A stretch of 64,000 nt of DNA from Balanoglossus misakiensis (taxonomy: Eukaryota; Animalia; Hemichordata): assembly GCA_040954595.2 (NCBI GenBank), contig CM082591.2:11611309-11675308 (forward strand), written 5' to 3'. The notes under the pieces are model-generated. The model did no database searches, was not told the DNA's origin, and was given only the letters and a program-made list of their open reading frames with translations. The position numbers and the translations under genes are program-made. Position 1 is the stretch's first letter. The number at the start of each line of letters is the position of its first letter. Positions 10,547 to 23,826 of this stretch are shown here, piece by piece.

Positions 10547-12216
10547 AGGCACATAAGCTGCAACTTTTGGGATAATTATCATAATTTTTGTTTCAAACTG
10601 TACTACCATTAGTCCATATAGATGAAGGCAGTGAACTATACAGAAACATTATAAACCCTAAATATGAGTGCATATGCAAGTTTTAACCTGAGTAATAATA
10701 AAGCTTTGCCGAATATCCATTAAATTCTTGGAAATTTAATAAAGTGCAATGCAAAAAAGGCGGATTTTCATCCCCAAAGTAACTAAATGTGAAAAAAAAC
10801 GTATGATCTGATGATTTACTTTCGCGCTGATTATCGTACCCACCGCGGCTGACTGGCCACGCTGAGTTATATATAGCCGCTCTAGAAAACATGACCTCAG
10901 ACAGGTCCCTCGGGACCGTGCCTCGAATTCAACGATCACGTAGATTGATGCACTGCCGCGTATGAGGTCACCGGGGAGCTTTCCAAAGCGGCCGCGTGGA
11001 GCTGCTTCAGTCGTCCTCGACGCGAAACACCCAAAATTGGAAGATCCCGACTTGGACTCGGAGAATGAACCACTCAAAAATTCCGGTAGAGAAAGGCATG
11101 ATTGCCACGATTAAGATAGATGTATTTACGTCCGTCCGTCCGTCGACGTCTAAGTATTAAATGCATGGGTGGGATCGACCATTTACCAATGTCCCGGTTA
11201 AACGGGATGTTTTGTCTGCGCCCATGGTGTCCCGATTAAACGGCGGCGACTGTAATATGTTTTCTGTATTTCATTTATGGGAAAAAAACCTTTTTATTAT
11301 TTAATAAATACATTGTTTGACCGTGAAATGTTTTGCCATGTTATTTGCATCATTATTCACCCCTTCCTCGTGTCCCTAGGCCCTCATTTGCATAAATGTC
11401 GAGGTGGTGTCCGGGCTAAAGCCCCCCCCCCCCCCCCCCCCCCTGTTTTTTCGTTAATTTGTGGGCGCAGCACCCGGGGCTCTTACCCGGGCAAGTACGG
11501 TAATAGCAATAACCCCCGCCTCAAAACGAAGAGTGGTATATTATTTGTTGACAACTGGAAGTGTAGAATTATATTATATCATGCTACCGTCCGCGATTCT
11601 GATTGGACGAGAGCTGAATCCAGCCATGGTAAAATACTGTTTTACCATGGCTAGCAGTGGTAGAACGGCCCCCTGAACTAGCATACGGCAGCAAAATGTG
11701 CAGTTAAACCACAGTCGCGCGTGTTTAAACCAAATAAATAAAACAAAAATAACGTTGAATTAACGGACGTTTTATTTTGGAACTGCTCAGTGGATATATT
11801 TGTCGCTTTGCCACGCGCGATGCCCGTCTTGTCACTTTTTGTCGTCTGCTTCATGTTTAATGCTCGATCCCGGCCGCTCGTGTTTACATTCGTCGTCGCC
11901 ATGTTGGTTCACGATCGTAATTTCTCTTTCTGACACCGTTTCGGTAAGAAAATGACACTGATATGCCACAAAAACAGTTGTTGATATAATATAATAGCAA
12001 TAACCCCCGCCTCAGTCGGGTATACACTCGATTTGGGTACAATTCGCTCCATATAGCACTCGCCTGACGGCTCATGCTATATGTCTTGAATTGTACCCAA
12101 ATCTCGCGTATACCCGCCTGCGGCTGGGGTTATTGCTTAAATAGACATAATTAAAAGCATTTATGAGATTATTTAAAACTTTAATTTTTTTTTATCCAGT
12201 TTCAGCTCATCTACCT
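10547..12216. mobile_element. TTAA-flanked Kolobok-like element with nested insertions
   Basis: TTAA-AGGCACATAAGCTG ... CAGCTCATCTACCT-TTAA; both ends match the copy at 34378-35277. Confidence 0.7.
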
Positions 12217-12555
12217 TTAAAATTAAGCAATAACCCCCACCTTAGCGGGTATACACGAGGTGTTGGTTCAATTTGAGACATACAGCACGAGCCGTTAGGA
12301 GCGAATTGTACCAAAATCGAGTGTATACCCGACTGAGGCTATTATATTATATCAATAATTGATTTTTGTGGCATATCAGTGTCATTTTCTTAACGAAACA
12401 GCGTCAGAAAAAGAAGTTACGATCGTGAACCATCATGGCGACGATGAATGTAAACACGAGAGGCCCAGGACCTGCTGCATGCTAGTTCAGGGGCCCGTTT
12501 TACCATCACTCTCGACCAATCAGAATCGCGGACGGTAGCATGATATAATATAATC
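11500..12555. mobile_element. Two inverted copies of a hairpin-ended Crypton-like element
   Basis: TTAAGCAATAACCCC terminal hairpin; ~11570-12140 is largely the reverse complement of ~12223-12550. Confidence 0.6.
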
Positions 12556-12718
12556 ATGTTTTGGCAAAACCCAAAACTTTACACTTTAAACCCTTATAGA
12601 GCTGAATCGTCTAGTGTTACCATTGTCCATAGCAATAAGTGTACAGTGATACTTGAAAACATTTTTACAACTATGTTGTTTGACCATAATAGCAAATATG
12701 TCTTTTTTCTTCAAACAG

Positions 12719-12800
12719 CCATTCGCCAACACCAGAAGTTGAAGACAGTCGAAATAGTGATGGTTCTCCTGACAGAGATGTTTCTGGAGATGAAGATTAG
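12719..12800 (+). CDS. SRSF3: SRSF3-like terminal coding exon
   Basis: Strong pyrimidine tract then caaacag|C CAT TCG ...; phase-2 compatible; HSPTPEVEDSRNSDGSPDRDVSGDED*. Confidence 0.7.
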
Positions 12801-13710
12801 ACTGTATGCAGAAAGTACAAACATCTCTTATTCAGCACAATTTTAATGGCTAGGAAATAATCAGCATAATTATATACAGGAATAACTACTACATGTGATA
12901 TTTAAAGTCTCGTTGGATTGTGTTAGATGCATACGCTGTGTACAGTGACAGGATTTATGTGAGCCTAAATACTTGATATGTTATAGGGTGACGATTGTCT
13001 TTTGCGCATGTGCCAAACATTAGACTGGTTACAAAATTGTATAGTCGTAAGGCAGTGTGCTGTCATAACAACAGACAAGATGGCAGTGACCAAAGTCTGT
13101 CGGAGATCAAGAAAAGACAGCAAATTGAGTGAAAACAGGGACAGAACTAAAGTCTACTTATAAGGTGTGCATGAAATATTGAAGGAACCGAAGACAGCCC
13201 ACTATTTGCTATATGCCTTGAATGCAAAATTTGCAGAACATGTTTGTATACATGAAATTACGCACATGTGCATAAGACGATCGTTAGCCTTTCAGCCTTT
13301 CGCTTTATAGGAATACATTTTGGAGAATGAGAGTCTTTGTCTAGCAGGAATCAGTCAGGTGTATATTCTGATTTTCTGTTTAGGAAGAAATGTTGCAAGA
13401 TTTCATTTGGCGAACAATCTGAAGTTCGATTTGCAACTTGAGTCAGATTTTATTCAAGGTTAACTTTTTAAAACAATTATAAAGAATATTTGCTAAAATG
13501 TTTTTTTTTCTGACATGATATGGATAATTTTTATGTATTTTGTATGTGTATTCAATTATTGTTGAACAAAACTGAAATGTACTTGGGACAGATGAAAGTG
13601 ATTGGTGTAATTACGACCAGACCAGTCAAATGCACTTATGGTGATATTTTGCTCCAAAAGATCACTACATGTATTTTGAAATAACTTTGCTGTTCATATT
13701 GACTGAAGAG

Positions 13711-13790
13711 AATAAAATAACAGAATTGGAATGAAATTGTAAGTTTGTGGTACTGTAGGTTTGATGTGGTTGTTGTGATGTGTGTGTAGT
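13711..13790 (+). terminator. Probable polyadenylation signal of the SRSF3-like gene
   Basis: AATAAA at 13711-13716 followed by a GT-rich tract (gtttgtgg...gatgtggttgttgtgatgtgtgtgt). Confidence 0.5.
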
Positions 13791-15134
13791 TCACTGATGT
13801 TGACATTTATTTTCATCATACTGGGTTGGCACTAAGGTGCTTTTCTTAGAACTCCCCCAAATGGGGCAATGTTCCCTGTTTAGATAGATTAATCATTGCC
13901 TCCTTTAAACACACATCCAGGCGGCAGGCAGTGTTCTCCCCAGAGCAAATACAGAGCAGCGACTGCCATTCTTGAAATTTTTGGGAAACAATAGAAACTC
14001 ATTAACATAACATTTATCCACATTTTTATGTAAATTAGCCATCCTATCAGAAGTTCCTGGGGAGAACACTGCCAGGCATTTGGTTGTTTACAAAATAAAG
14101 AGAGCACATTGATATGCTGTGCACTGGATAGTTCTGCTGAATTGGCCACTTGCATGACCCCTGTATGACCTCTGTTTCCTCCCTTCCAGCAAAAATTTCA
14201 AACTAAGATATTCGTGTGTATCAATGAAAATGTTTCATGCTTTGTGAGCGTGAGTGGGTCGGCCTGGCATGATCGCCTGTTTCTGTTGGTTGTATGGTTT
14301 CATTTTGTTATAATGCAGTATGAAGCATGTCAAGGAACTTCCATGATTACAGCGACAAGTCATAAATGTTTCTGTTTGTCATCACCAAAAAGGCATAGCT
14401 TACATGTAATTCAAAAGACAGAATTTTAGTGCTGGTAGTAAATATACATCGCGGCGCGATATGTGTCATCGCTGCCGATCGGCGCTGATGGAGTTCCCTT
14501 GACCTTGTACAATAACACACGCGTATTTTGTCTGTTAAGGCAGTCATTGAAAATCGCCAAAAAGACCACAATCAGTTATCAATAAGTTGACATTGTCCAA
14601 GATAAGTAGATTTAGTCCCAACACTCTAGACCTAAACCTCTGGGCAATATTCGACGGTTTAATCGAGGCAGCAATCATTGTATGTGTAAGGTGCCTATAC
14701 ACATCCGCTGCCATTGCATGTTGTGTACTGCTTGCAATGCGAAGCCGTAGCCTAACCGGGCCGAGTTTTTTTTTTTCATAATCGCATCTCCCCTAGATGA
14801 TAAGGTAGACATATTTACGTTTATTTTGAAGGGTACGGGGATACAGAGTTGTACCCAGGCTGACACAGCAAAGCCGTTTAGATCACAGGAATGTATGGTT
14901 GCAATTCAACCACTGCAATGTACAGTGCTAAGTCTGTTGCAAACGTAAATGGGTTCCTCTTGTGACGTCACAGAAATGGGCGTGGCCAAAACAGAACTTT
15001 TTTCTCAGGTCCTGAACATTTTTAAATTTAACATTTATTTATCCATATGAAATAAGTAAAAGGACACCAGCATTTAACACACAAGCCCAATTATTATTTA
15101 TCCTCAAAAGTGTGTTTCAATATAAGATAGGCTC

Positions 15135-16166
15135 TTTAAGACTGCTAAGACTTCAAAAATAAACTGGGGACTTACACATTAGTTTGGAGATGGCTTGCTT
15201 GGCATGGGATTGGACTGGATGAGATTATTATTAAGATGGAAAAGTTGAAATAAAATGAGGGATTTAAGACTGCTAAGACTTCAAAAATAAACTGGGGACT
15301 TACACATTAGTTTGGAGATGGCTTGCTTGGCATGGGATTGGACTGGATGAGATTATTATTAAGATGGAAAAGTTGAAATTAAATGAGGGATTTAAGACTG
15401 CTAAGACTTTAAAAATAAAATGAGGGATTTAAGACTGCTAAGACTTCAAAAATAAAATGAGGGATTTAAGACTGCTAAGACTTCAAAAATAAAATGGGGG
15501 ATTTAAGACTGCTGAGACTTGGTTGGCATGGGATTGGACTTGATGGAATTAAATTAAATGAGGGATTTAAGACTGCTAAGACTTTAAAAATAAAATGAGG
15601 GATTTAAGACTGCTAAGACTTCAACAATAAAAACAGACAGTACTTCCATTAAACGGACAGTACTTTACTTCCATTAAACAGACAGTACTTCCATAAAACA
15701 GACAGTACTTCCATTAAACGGACAGTACTTCCATAAATTAAATGAGGGATTTAAGACTGCTAAGACTTCAAAAATAAACCGGGGACTTACACATTAGTTT
15801 GGAGATGACTTGCTTGGCATGGGATTGGACTGGATGAGATTATTATTAAGATGGAAAAGTTGAAATTAAATGAGGGATTTAAGACTGCTAAGACTTCAAA
15901 AATAAAAACAGACAGTACTTCCATTAAACGGACAGTACTTCCATAAATTAAATGAGGGATTTAAGACTGCTAAGACTTCAAAAATATAATGAGGGATTTA
16001 AGACTGCTGAGACTTGGTTGGCATGGGATTGGACTTGATGGAATTAAATTAAATTAGGGATTTAAGACTGCTAAGACTTTAAAAATTAAAACAGACAGTA
16101 CTTCCATTAAACAGACAGTACTTCCATTAAACGGACAGTAGTTCCATTAAACAGACAGTAGTTCCA
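15135..16166. repeat. Composite minisatellite 3' of the Ginger1 ORF
   Basis: Shuffled units GGGATTTAAGACTGCTAAGACTT, ACAGACAGTACTTCCATTAA and TTGGCATGGGATTGGACT. Confidence 0.95.
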
Positions 16167-17235
16167 TTAACGACACTTTGAGCAAAAGAATGCAATGTCA
16201 GTGTTGTCCCATGCTGACTGTGGTGTTGTATCGCAGGTGGGATGATACCAGTTCTCACACCCAGTGCACTCAATCATCTGTACTTCTGGAAATTCTGGTT
16301 GACGGCAATGACAAAAAAGTGGATATGTTCTAGAGGTTGATATCCTGCCAGTCCGTCTTCTCCTTCTGACTGGAAACATGCAAATGCGCCCAGTAGTTAT
16401 GCACTGTCTTAGATGGTTTCTCATTTTAGGTTGGTCCCATGCATACTCTGTTGGATCACTGCCATAACAAAGAGCTGTTGCATTTGGTATTGCAAAAGCA
16501 CCACAGTCATCTGAACCACTTTGTCGATGAACATCCATCCACTCAATCTTCATTTCCTTCTTGTCTGTGTACAGCATCCATCCAAGAGCTTTCAACATAC
16601 TGTAGCTAGCGTTACCTCTGAACATAGAGTCATACACACGAACAGTGCCATCTCCACAAGCAAGGTTTGACACAGTGATCCAGTGGTTTTCTTGTAAATT
16701 CATGATCTGTACGAATTTGTCGGTTGGCGTTCCGACAATACAAGCTGCAGTCACAACACCACTTTCTTGGAAACCATCAATATTACAAAACTGGCCACGG
16801 AGAAGAAATTGAGAATGGTCAATAAGTTCATCTCCAAACCAGGCAGTATCTGAAGCAAGAGTTTCCATCATCTTCACCATAGCCTTGTTATGAGCCCTTG
16901 CTGGTTTCACTGGCAGAGTTCCTAGGGTCCGCTTAAATGGAGTCACTTCAACCAATATGCATTCACCAGATTCTTCTCCCATGCTAGCTGCTGAATTTGA
17001 GGATCCGGTTTGTGAAGATGGCAATACTTCAGTGGTTCCATTCACCTGGCTGGCTTGGTCAAAGTCCTGTTCTTCACTGGAATGATCTGTAGTGTCTGGT
17101 CTTGCATCATGTTGTTGTGAAGGTACAACATGTATGCGATATGGCTTCAGCTGATCATAGCTTACTGATGTTTTTAGAGCTTCCCCAGTCGACTTATCTA
17201 TCAACTTTACACCAGTTTTCGTAATGTCTGCAATT
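16167..17235 (-). CDS. Last Ginger1 exon: Ulp1/C48-like cysteine protease and PHD finger
   Basis: HWITVS, VYDS and QSGSDDCG protease motifs; CHC...CTGC..WYH..C...CSKC PHD pattern; acceptor ttccag at 17236. Confidence 0.85.
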
Positions 17236-20018
17236 CTGGAATCAAAATAAAACAGGCACCATGTTATTATTCTCCCACTGTGTCACATACACAAAGATGA
17301 TACTATTTAAATTACTCTCCCATTGTCACAAATAAATATTGTTGGGAGCAGTTAAAGGGACAAAGTGGATCTCTTTTGACGTGGATTTTGTTCGATATGA
17401 AAAATTGTCTATGCTGTTTGACTTCTATACAACTATAAACATACTCCGTTCTGCTTGTAAACAGACTAGATTAAACATTGATAAAAGGTTTAAAGGTAGA
17501 AGTACACAGTGGAACACTTTTCTACAAAGATTCTATTGTTTGCCCTGCACTTTCCCGGGTCTCCCCTTTAAAGTCAGTAATCTAAACAATACTAGAAATA
17601 GATGGAATATTCTGAATGAATGAAATAAAAAGACTACATGTAGAATAATTTTTCTCATAATTTGTTCAGGATATCAACCTATTATTTGCAACAATGCTTC
17701 AATTAAAATCTTTTTACCTGTATGGTCCAAACCAGTCTGCTGTAAGTCGGTCACCTTTTCTGCTAAGTTTCCTCATATTCTTCTTCATTACTTCATCTCC
17801 AATTTCAAAGTTGAATGATTTCACTCCTTTAGACATCCTCTTCTTATATTGCTTCTTTTGTTTGTCTTGGGCCACTTTAATGTTCTCCAATACCTGTCAA
17901 AAAACAAAAACGGGGTGACACAAATTAATAAATTTGATTTATTGTGTCTGGCATGATACACCCAATATTATTTTCTTCTTGGTTGCTTTTAAAGGAACAA
18001 AGACTCTCACTCACTCTCCTTTTTTTTTCCATTTATTATGTTCGATACGAGACAACACTTATGTTAATGTACATGTGTATACATGTATGTAGTGAATGAC
18101 CGTTCTCATATCCTACAAACAGGATGGAAGTTGTGTGTGGTCGAATGTTGATTCACTATATATACACACGTAGTATAACATAAATGGTGTCTTGTATCAA
18201 ACATAATGAAAAGGGCAGCAAGAGAGAGACTTTGTCCCTTTCAAAAGCATGTCATGATTGCATACATCTTTATATTGAGAAAAGCAGTAGTCACTTGGTT
18301 TGATATATAAACCCAGTGGATAAGCTGTCAATAATTTTGATCACGATAGTTGGGTTTATATGGTTAGAGCCTGGAATAGGTATTGATGGAGATTTTCTTT
18401 TTTAAACATATATTTGCTTTGCATTTATATCCAGGTGAAAACTGAGTTTGCTACAATATGTTACCTTGCAAATGAGTCTTGTTCATAAGTACGTATGTGT
18501 GCCTTCATACATACAGTATCCATATACAATATAAGTTGTGGTCAAGATTAATGACCATTTTTCTCTCAGGTCAGTATTCTGTCAAACTTGTTCAAGGCGG
18601 GCATGCATGTACTAAATTTTGATGGTACCTTTTTGTGCACAGAGGTTATTCTCTGTGTAACTTCATCCATGTATGCCTTATGGTCCATATTGGTATTATC
18701 ATCTGCTACATAATTCTCGAGTGCGTCCTCCAAATCGTCCTCCACCATTAAAACCTTCAAAGTGAAAAAGGTACAAAAAAATTTCTCAATGTACCATGTT
18801 TATATTTCCAGCGTTGACTAAAATAAAAAATATATTATCATTTGCATTGTTGACAGATGAATTCTAGACTGAACCTGTTTTCAGTTTTCAACAGAAACAA
18901 TCAGACTTCCACTTCAATGGATACAATCTTGCACATTATAGACTAAACGAAATAAAACAAAGATATTTTCTGGTAATGAACTACTAACCTCACAAGGTAA
19001 TCTGGCTTTTCTACTATACATACATGTAAGTTGGAATGGGGTGTATTTTGTACTTTCTTGACGAACTGTTCTAATTCCGAAGAGACAGGCTGATATATAT
19101 TGGTCCCAATCATTCTGATGCTCATTGGTCAGCTTACTAATAGATCTCTTCACTGTTTGATTCATCCTCTCATCCAGTCCATTAGTTTGCGGGTGATAGG
19201 CTGCAGTAATCCGGTGTTCAGTCTTCATTATTTTACATACGTAATCGTTCACCTGTTTATACAAAATAAAAAGTGTGTAGAATCATTAACACCAATTTTA
19301 TCATTTCATTTATTTGGAGCAGAATATAATTACCAGGATAAACAGGAGAAAAATATTTGAGAAAATAGCCAAAAGGTTCTACTGGGGCTTTAAATGTTTT
19401 AAACATTGACAATCACAAACTTTATCAAATAGTCATATGATGATGAAATGACTGTATTTTTTTGTTGATAATTTGCCATGGTAACAGTGCCTAAACTTGC
19501 ATAGGTGACCATATACTTGTAAAAACGGTGAGTCAAAATGACCTTTTATAGTATCATAATGGGAAAATTACCTCATTTACAAATTCTCTTCCTTGGTCCG
19601 TCAGAATATGTTTAGCTGCTCCAAATCTGAAATAAATAAATGTACTGAATATATGTACTTCATAACACCTATATGTATGAGTACACCAGACAAATTAGCT
19701 ACACATGACTCATGGAAAAACTTTTGTTTATGTCCATAAAAACATGCGTTTACATCCAGCAGGTCAAAGCTCAACTAGACTTAACAGGTCTCCCGTACTG
19801 GGGCATCATGTCTGCCCCTACCATCCAAAAACGGAAAGTTCCCATAGGTTATGACAGTAGGTGTATAATAATACAATTTATGTACTGATTATTAGTCCAT
19901 TACATGGATTGGGCAACTTTTCCTGGAACAGAAGAGCTAAAATCCGATTAAAATTTGGACCAATAGAAAAAAACTGCCCTTTCTTATAGAATGTTTCACA
20001 CAGATGGTGTGCGACAGT

Positions 20019-20325
20019 ATACACATGATGACTGACAATGAGGGCAACAGTGTATTTTGATGCCCGAGGGTGCTGCTAGTCACAACTAAAACAGTCTTGT
20101 TTTCCCGAGGGCATAGCCCGAGGGAAAACAGACTGTTTTGGTGTGACTGGCAGTCCCGAGGACATTAAAAATACACTGTTGCCCGAATATGTCAGCCATC
20201 ATGTGTTTTATAACACACCAAACCGATCGAACTGATGCCCTAGGCAACAGTTTGAAATGACTAAGGTCACGTGACGTCGTATTGACGAATCACGATCGAG
20301 GGTTCGCTGAATGGTGTGTTATAAT
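20019..20325. mobile_element. Hairpin-bearing Crypton-like insertion without TSD
   Basis: Removing it restores the integrase frame KSAA|TVAHHLCETFY; internal hairpin ~20025-20200. Confidence 0.75.
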
Positions 20326-20599
20326 TGCGGCTGATTTATCACGTATTGGAATTGCTTCTGGCCACTTGGTGAAATAATCGGTGATCGTTAATACGTATCT
20401 ATTCCCCTGAAGTGTTGTTGTTAACGGTCCAATCAAGTCCATGCCAAGCATATACCAAGGGGCCTTCACTGGTATAGGTTTGAGCTCTGGAGCACATGTC
20501 TTAATCTTCTCAAACCTCTGGCAAGTGTTGCATGATTTTATCTGTTCAGGGTGGGAGGAGAGATATGTACTGATCATTGCACTGTTGTCAGCATAATAT

Positions 20600-21050
20600 G
20601 AGGTTATTACGAAAATACCGCAAAGTATGCACGAGGACATTAGCGCTGAGTATCGCCCGGCGCGTAGCGGAGGGCGATGCGCTGCGCTAATGTCCGAGTG
20701 CATACTTTGCGGTATTTTCGTAATAACCTTATTATTATACATCTTACATCTCCGATAGTTCTTGTTTTGCATGTTACTTGGCTTTCAAAACGCCCAAAAT
20801 GCCGATACAATCGATCGAAAACCGCTCAGTGAGCAGCCATCTTTCTCTTTTGTTTACGTACGTGCGCGTGCGTTGGAGTGGGGGCACCTTGAAACCGTCC
20901 GCATAACAACGCATACCTGTACACGGTGAGTTGGGGCGCCTTGAAACCTAAAACTTATTTAACGCGCGTTCCGTACGTACCGTTCCGTACGGCTTTTTAT
21001 TGCACGCCAAAATCTATTGTTCTCGGCACTAGATGTATAATAATATGATA
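20600..21050. mobile_element. Hairpin-ended Crypton-like element in a Ginger1 intron
   Basis: Near-perfect inverted repeat GGTTATTACGAAAATACCGCAAAGTATGCAC at ~20602-20728; subterminal TTATTATACATCT/AGATGTATAATAA. Confidence 0.55.
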
Positions 21051-22358
21051 TATGACAGAACTTCTCCCCATGACCTTTGTGTCGTACGAAAGTTATTTTC
21101 ATGAGTGAAATTGCTTCAGAATTAAATGGCGCACTTCTCTTGAGTTTAAGATGGGGCACCAGTATCATTTTGCCTGTTGCTATGGGCCTCTATAGGACAG
21201 TACACTCAGTTTTGAACGAAACCATTATGAACGTCCAACCAAGGGCTTGTAACTAGTTGAAAATATGCACGATAGACTACACTAGAATGGATACTGTAGC
21301 TTACCCAAGATTCAATGTCTTGGTAGATTGTTTTCCAGTAGAACTTCGATGAAATCTTCAGTGATGTCTTCGTTATTCCAAGGTGAGCTCCCATCGGCGA
21401 ATCGTGGCATTCTGTAAAAACTCTTCTTCTTTCTTCTTCAGTCATCAATACCAGCTTTTCTTCTTGACCATCCTTCCCGACATATAGAAACCTTGTGCCT
21501 GAAAGTATATAAACAAGACATTGTCAGTAAGTCCCCACAGGAGAGAACACCAAAGGAAATTAAAGCTGCTAGTAACCATGGAGAAGAAAGGCCCTGCATA
21601 CAGTGATTAGAGAATATTGCCTAAGTTAATAGAAAACAGTTCAACATTTTGGTCCATGACCTGCAACACACTTAAACGTAGCCAACATATTTGATGACCA
21701 TTCAAAATGATATTCACAAACTTTGTGCTAGGGCTAAGGCATGTGATCAAATGTGCAAAGTCTCGGCCACACTATTAAATTCTAACTTTTTTCTCTGTCA
21801 GAAATAACTTTACCTTGTATTCTAAACCTGGTCGCATAGCCACGAATGGATCTTCGTTCGTTGGCTGACCTGTCCTCGGGATATGAACCTGTAGAAAGAT
21901 AAAAATGTACATCACCAAGAGTTGTCGGCATGATGAAGGTATTAACCTGGAATTGAAAATTTCTTCTGGTACAGGTAAACTAGAATAAAATTGAAAGAAC
22001 TTTCCAAATTTCAACTCGACTACAAACAATGAAAAATTTACAATCAAGGCAGTTATACAACTATAACAGATAAATACTGGCTAAAATCTACAGATATAAT
22101 TATTTTATACTAGAAAACTTCAATAATGGAAAATCTATAAATTTTTAGATGACTGCAAATATATAATTTGATTTATGAGTAGGGTTGGTAAATAACAAAC
22201 TCTAAAATTACAACTATATTAATTTAACAGTTATAATACTGCAGATACAACTTGATACTCTGAAGTACCTGTCAGTATTCAAAACAAACACAGCTGATTA
22301 AGAAGATCAAGAAAAACTACCAAATTCAATTTTGAAAAAAATTAACTGTCAATTAAAA

Positions 22359-22457
22359 CACAGGGAACTCAGGCTCATAGTTGTGGTCAAATGAATATTA
22401 AATATTATTATTATGAATAAAAAATGGAAAAAATATTAAAAATTATTATTATTATTA

Positions 22458-22498
<41 letters not shown>

Positions 22499-23795
22499 AT
22501 TTGTAGTAGTTCTTGTTATCTATCATGTGTTAAAATCCAACATACCTATGCATGCTGTCTTCTCCCGGCCCCTAACACGTACTGTACTGGCCGACCTATA
22601 TACTCTACCCTAAGAAAAAGACAAGGGATGCAACTTGTCTCATACCCAACTGATTTTCACTCGCCAAAAAACACACCAAGTCAACATCGGAATCGCTAAA
22701 TTTCGACATGGGCCAACTTACAGTAGTCATACTCTACAATCCTGATCCGTACTGTACCTCATATCGTAGATAAAGCTGGAAAATCCACAGTTTTCGCGAT
22801 GTATTTTGGCATTGCTTGCAACAATCTCTTAGTGAAACCTCCAGCTCGTCTGCCCGCGAGTCAAAATTTGAAATCAACCAATCGCATAGCGTGTATCAAA
22901 TTCGTCGGCTCAGATATAGGTCATCTCTGGCAACAATTCTTTACTATCAATCACGTGATCTGGCAATGTGTCACATGGCGCAGTCATTTCCAGATGACGG
23001 GCAAGCAATATTTCGGCATCCAGTAAAAGTTTTTCCGAGTATGTTTTTACTTTAGAACCGCCAAACACATAACATGTATCGGGTATGTTGCCTCATCAGC
23101 CTCATTGCATTTCGTCTGCACAGTCTTTGTCTGCACCACGTAAGTCCACGTTGCTGAAGTTGCCCGTCATCTGGAAATTTGAATGCGAACGTAACTGCCA
23201 CCTGAACGCGTCTGACGTCATTTGATAGCGAAGAATCCCTGCTGTCTCCATTTCCTGTGAGATAACGATAAATCCTATTCTATAACAATGAAAAAGGTTA
23301 GAACTTACCAAAATTTTGTGCGTATACCATGAAAACGACTCATTCTCATAGTTTTCGCAGGAACCCGGAAGTACGATGCGCACCACTGTATATTTTGAAT
23401 TTCGTACCAGTTTTGTCAGGCTCGTACGATGTTTAGCGGGCAGACGAGCTGGAGGTTTCACTAAGAGGTTGTTGCAAGCAATGCCAAAATACATCGCGAA
23501 AAACTTTGGATTTTCCAGCTTTATCTACGATATGAGGTACAGTACGGATCAGGGTTGTAGAGTATGACTACTGTAAGTTGGCCCATGTCGAAATTTAGCG
23601 ATTCCGATGTTGACTTGGTGTGTTTTTTGGCGAGTGAAAATCAGTTGGGTATGAGACAAGTTGCATCCCTTGTCTTTTCCTTAGGGTAGAGTATATAGGT
23701 CGGCCAGTACAGTACGTGTTAGGGGCCGGGAGAAGACAGCATGCATAGGTATGTTGGATTTTAACACATGATAGATAACAAGAACTACTACAAAT

Positions 23796-23826
<31 letters not shown>

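Larger units (their letters stand above)
16167..21888 (-). pseudogene. Ginger1 transposase: HHCC + DDE integrase + GPY/F + Ulp1-like protease + PHD finger
   Basis: Phase-consistent exons: 21814-21888 (GSYPEDRSANERRSIR), 21305-21498 (HDSPMGAH), 20326-20541 plus ~19984-20018 (CNTC, MDLIGP), 19572-19626 (ILTDQGREF), 18989-19252 (YHPQTNGLDER), 18629-18754, 17718-17893 (WFGPY), 16167-17235. One exon is split by an insertion and one donor is not GT. Start exon not identified. Confidence 0.88.

Noticed and set aside
15135-16166. CRISPR-like look of the short repeats (also 24525-25090)
   Set aside because: The sequences between repeats are themselves repeated rather than unique spacers; eukaryotic context with no cas genes.
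18989-21888. Gypsy LTR retrotransposon
   Set aside because: No gag, protease, RT, RNase H or LTRs; introns and Ulp1/PHD fit Ginger1.
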